From the NCBI GenBank assembly GCA_028534125.1, contig CM052816.1:68016001-68080000 (forward strand): a stretch of DNA of 64,000 nt, written 5' to 3'. Positions 63,888 to 64,000 of the stretch are shown here, in pieces (within the stretch, counting starts at the first letter, position 1; each line of letters begins with the position of its first letter). Origin of the DNA: Lama glama. Lineage: Eukaryota. A program made the position numbers and the translations under genes. The notes under the pieces were generated by a model that ran no database searches, was not told the origin of the DNA, and saw only the letters and a list, made by a program, of their open reading frames with translations.

Positions 63888-64000
63888 CTGTGGGAAACAA
63901 GGGGAAGTGCTGGGAAGTGAGGGCTGCAGACAAGGGGAGGGTCAGGGAGGAGGAAGTGTGGGGAGGACTCACTTGCAGTGCTCTTCAAGCAGTCTTGAGA

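Noticed and set aside
1..64000. CRISPR arrays, tRNA/rRNA genes, operon-like or novel multi-gene systems
   Set aside because: Eukaryotic non-coding sequence; I saw no regularly spaced repeats, RNA gene signatures (other than the U6 pseudogene) or intact coding cassettes.

Overview
Mammalian genomic DNA, non-coding and rich in repeats. It is probably camelid, inferred from a young cetartiodactyl-type L1 3' UTR present three times and from the absence of Alu, B1/B2, Bov-tA/BovB, PRE-1 and Can-SINEs. I recognise no protein-coding gene: the listed ORFs are chance ORFs, L1 antisense frames or N-gap artefacts. The window holds many ancient MIR, L2, L1M, MaLR/ERVL/ERV1 LTR and hAT MITE fragments, several of them nested. 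It also holds a U6 snRNA retrocopy, several STRs, two 500-N scaffold gaps and one orphan CpG island at about 23.1-23.8 kb. The best unexplained signals are a 66/67-bp, ~92% identical inverted repeat in unique sequence (43694-44525), a well-formed 85-nt minus-strand intron with a downstream exon at the right edge, a CpG-retaining block at 49.3 kb with fold-back potential and SOX motifs, and a few candidate exons and enhancers. Repeat family names come from recalled consensus motifs, not from a database search, and boundaries are approximate. I see no convincing novel multi-gene system.
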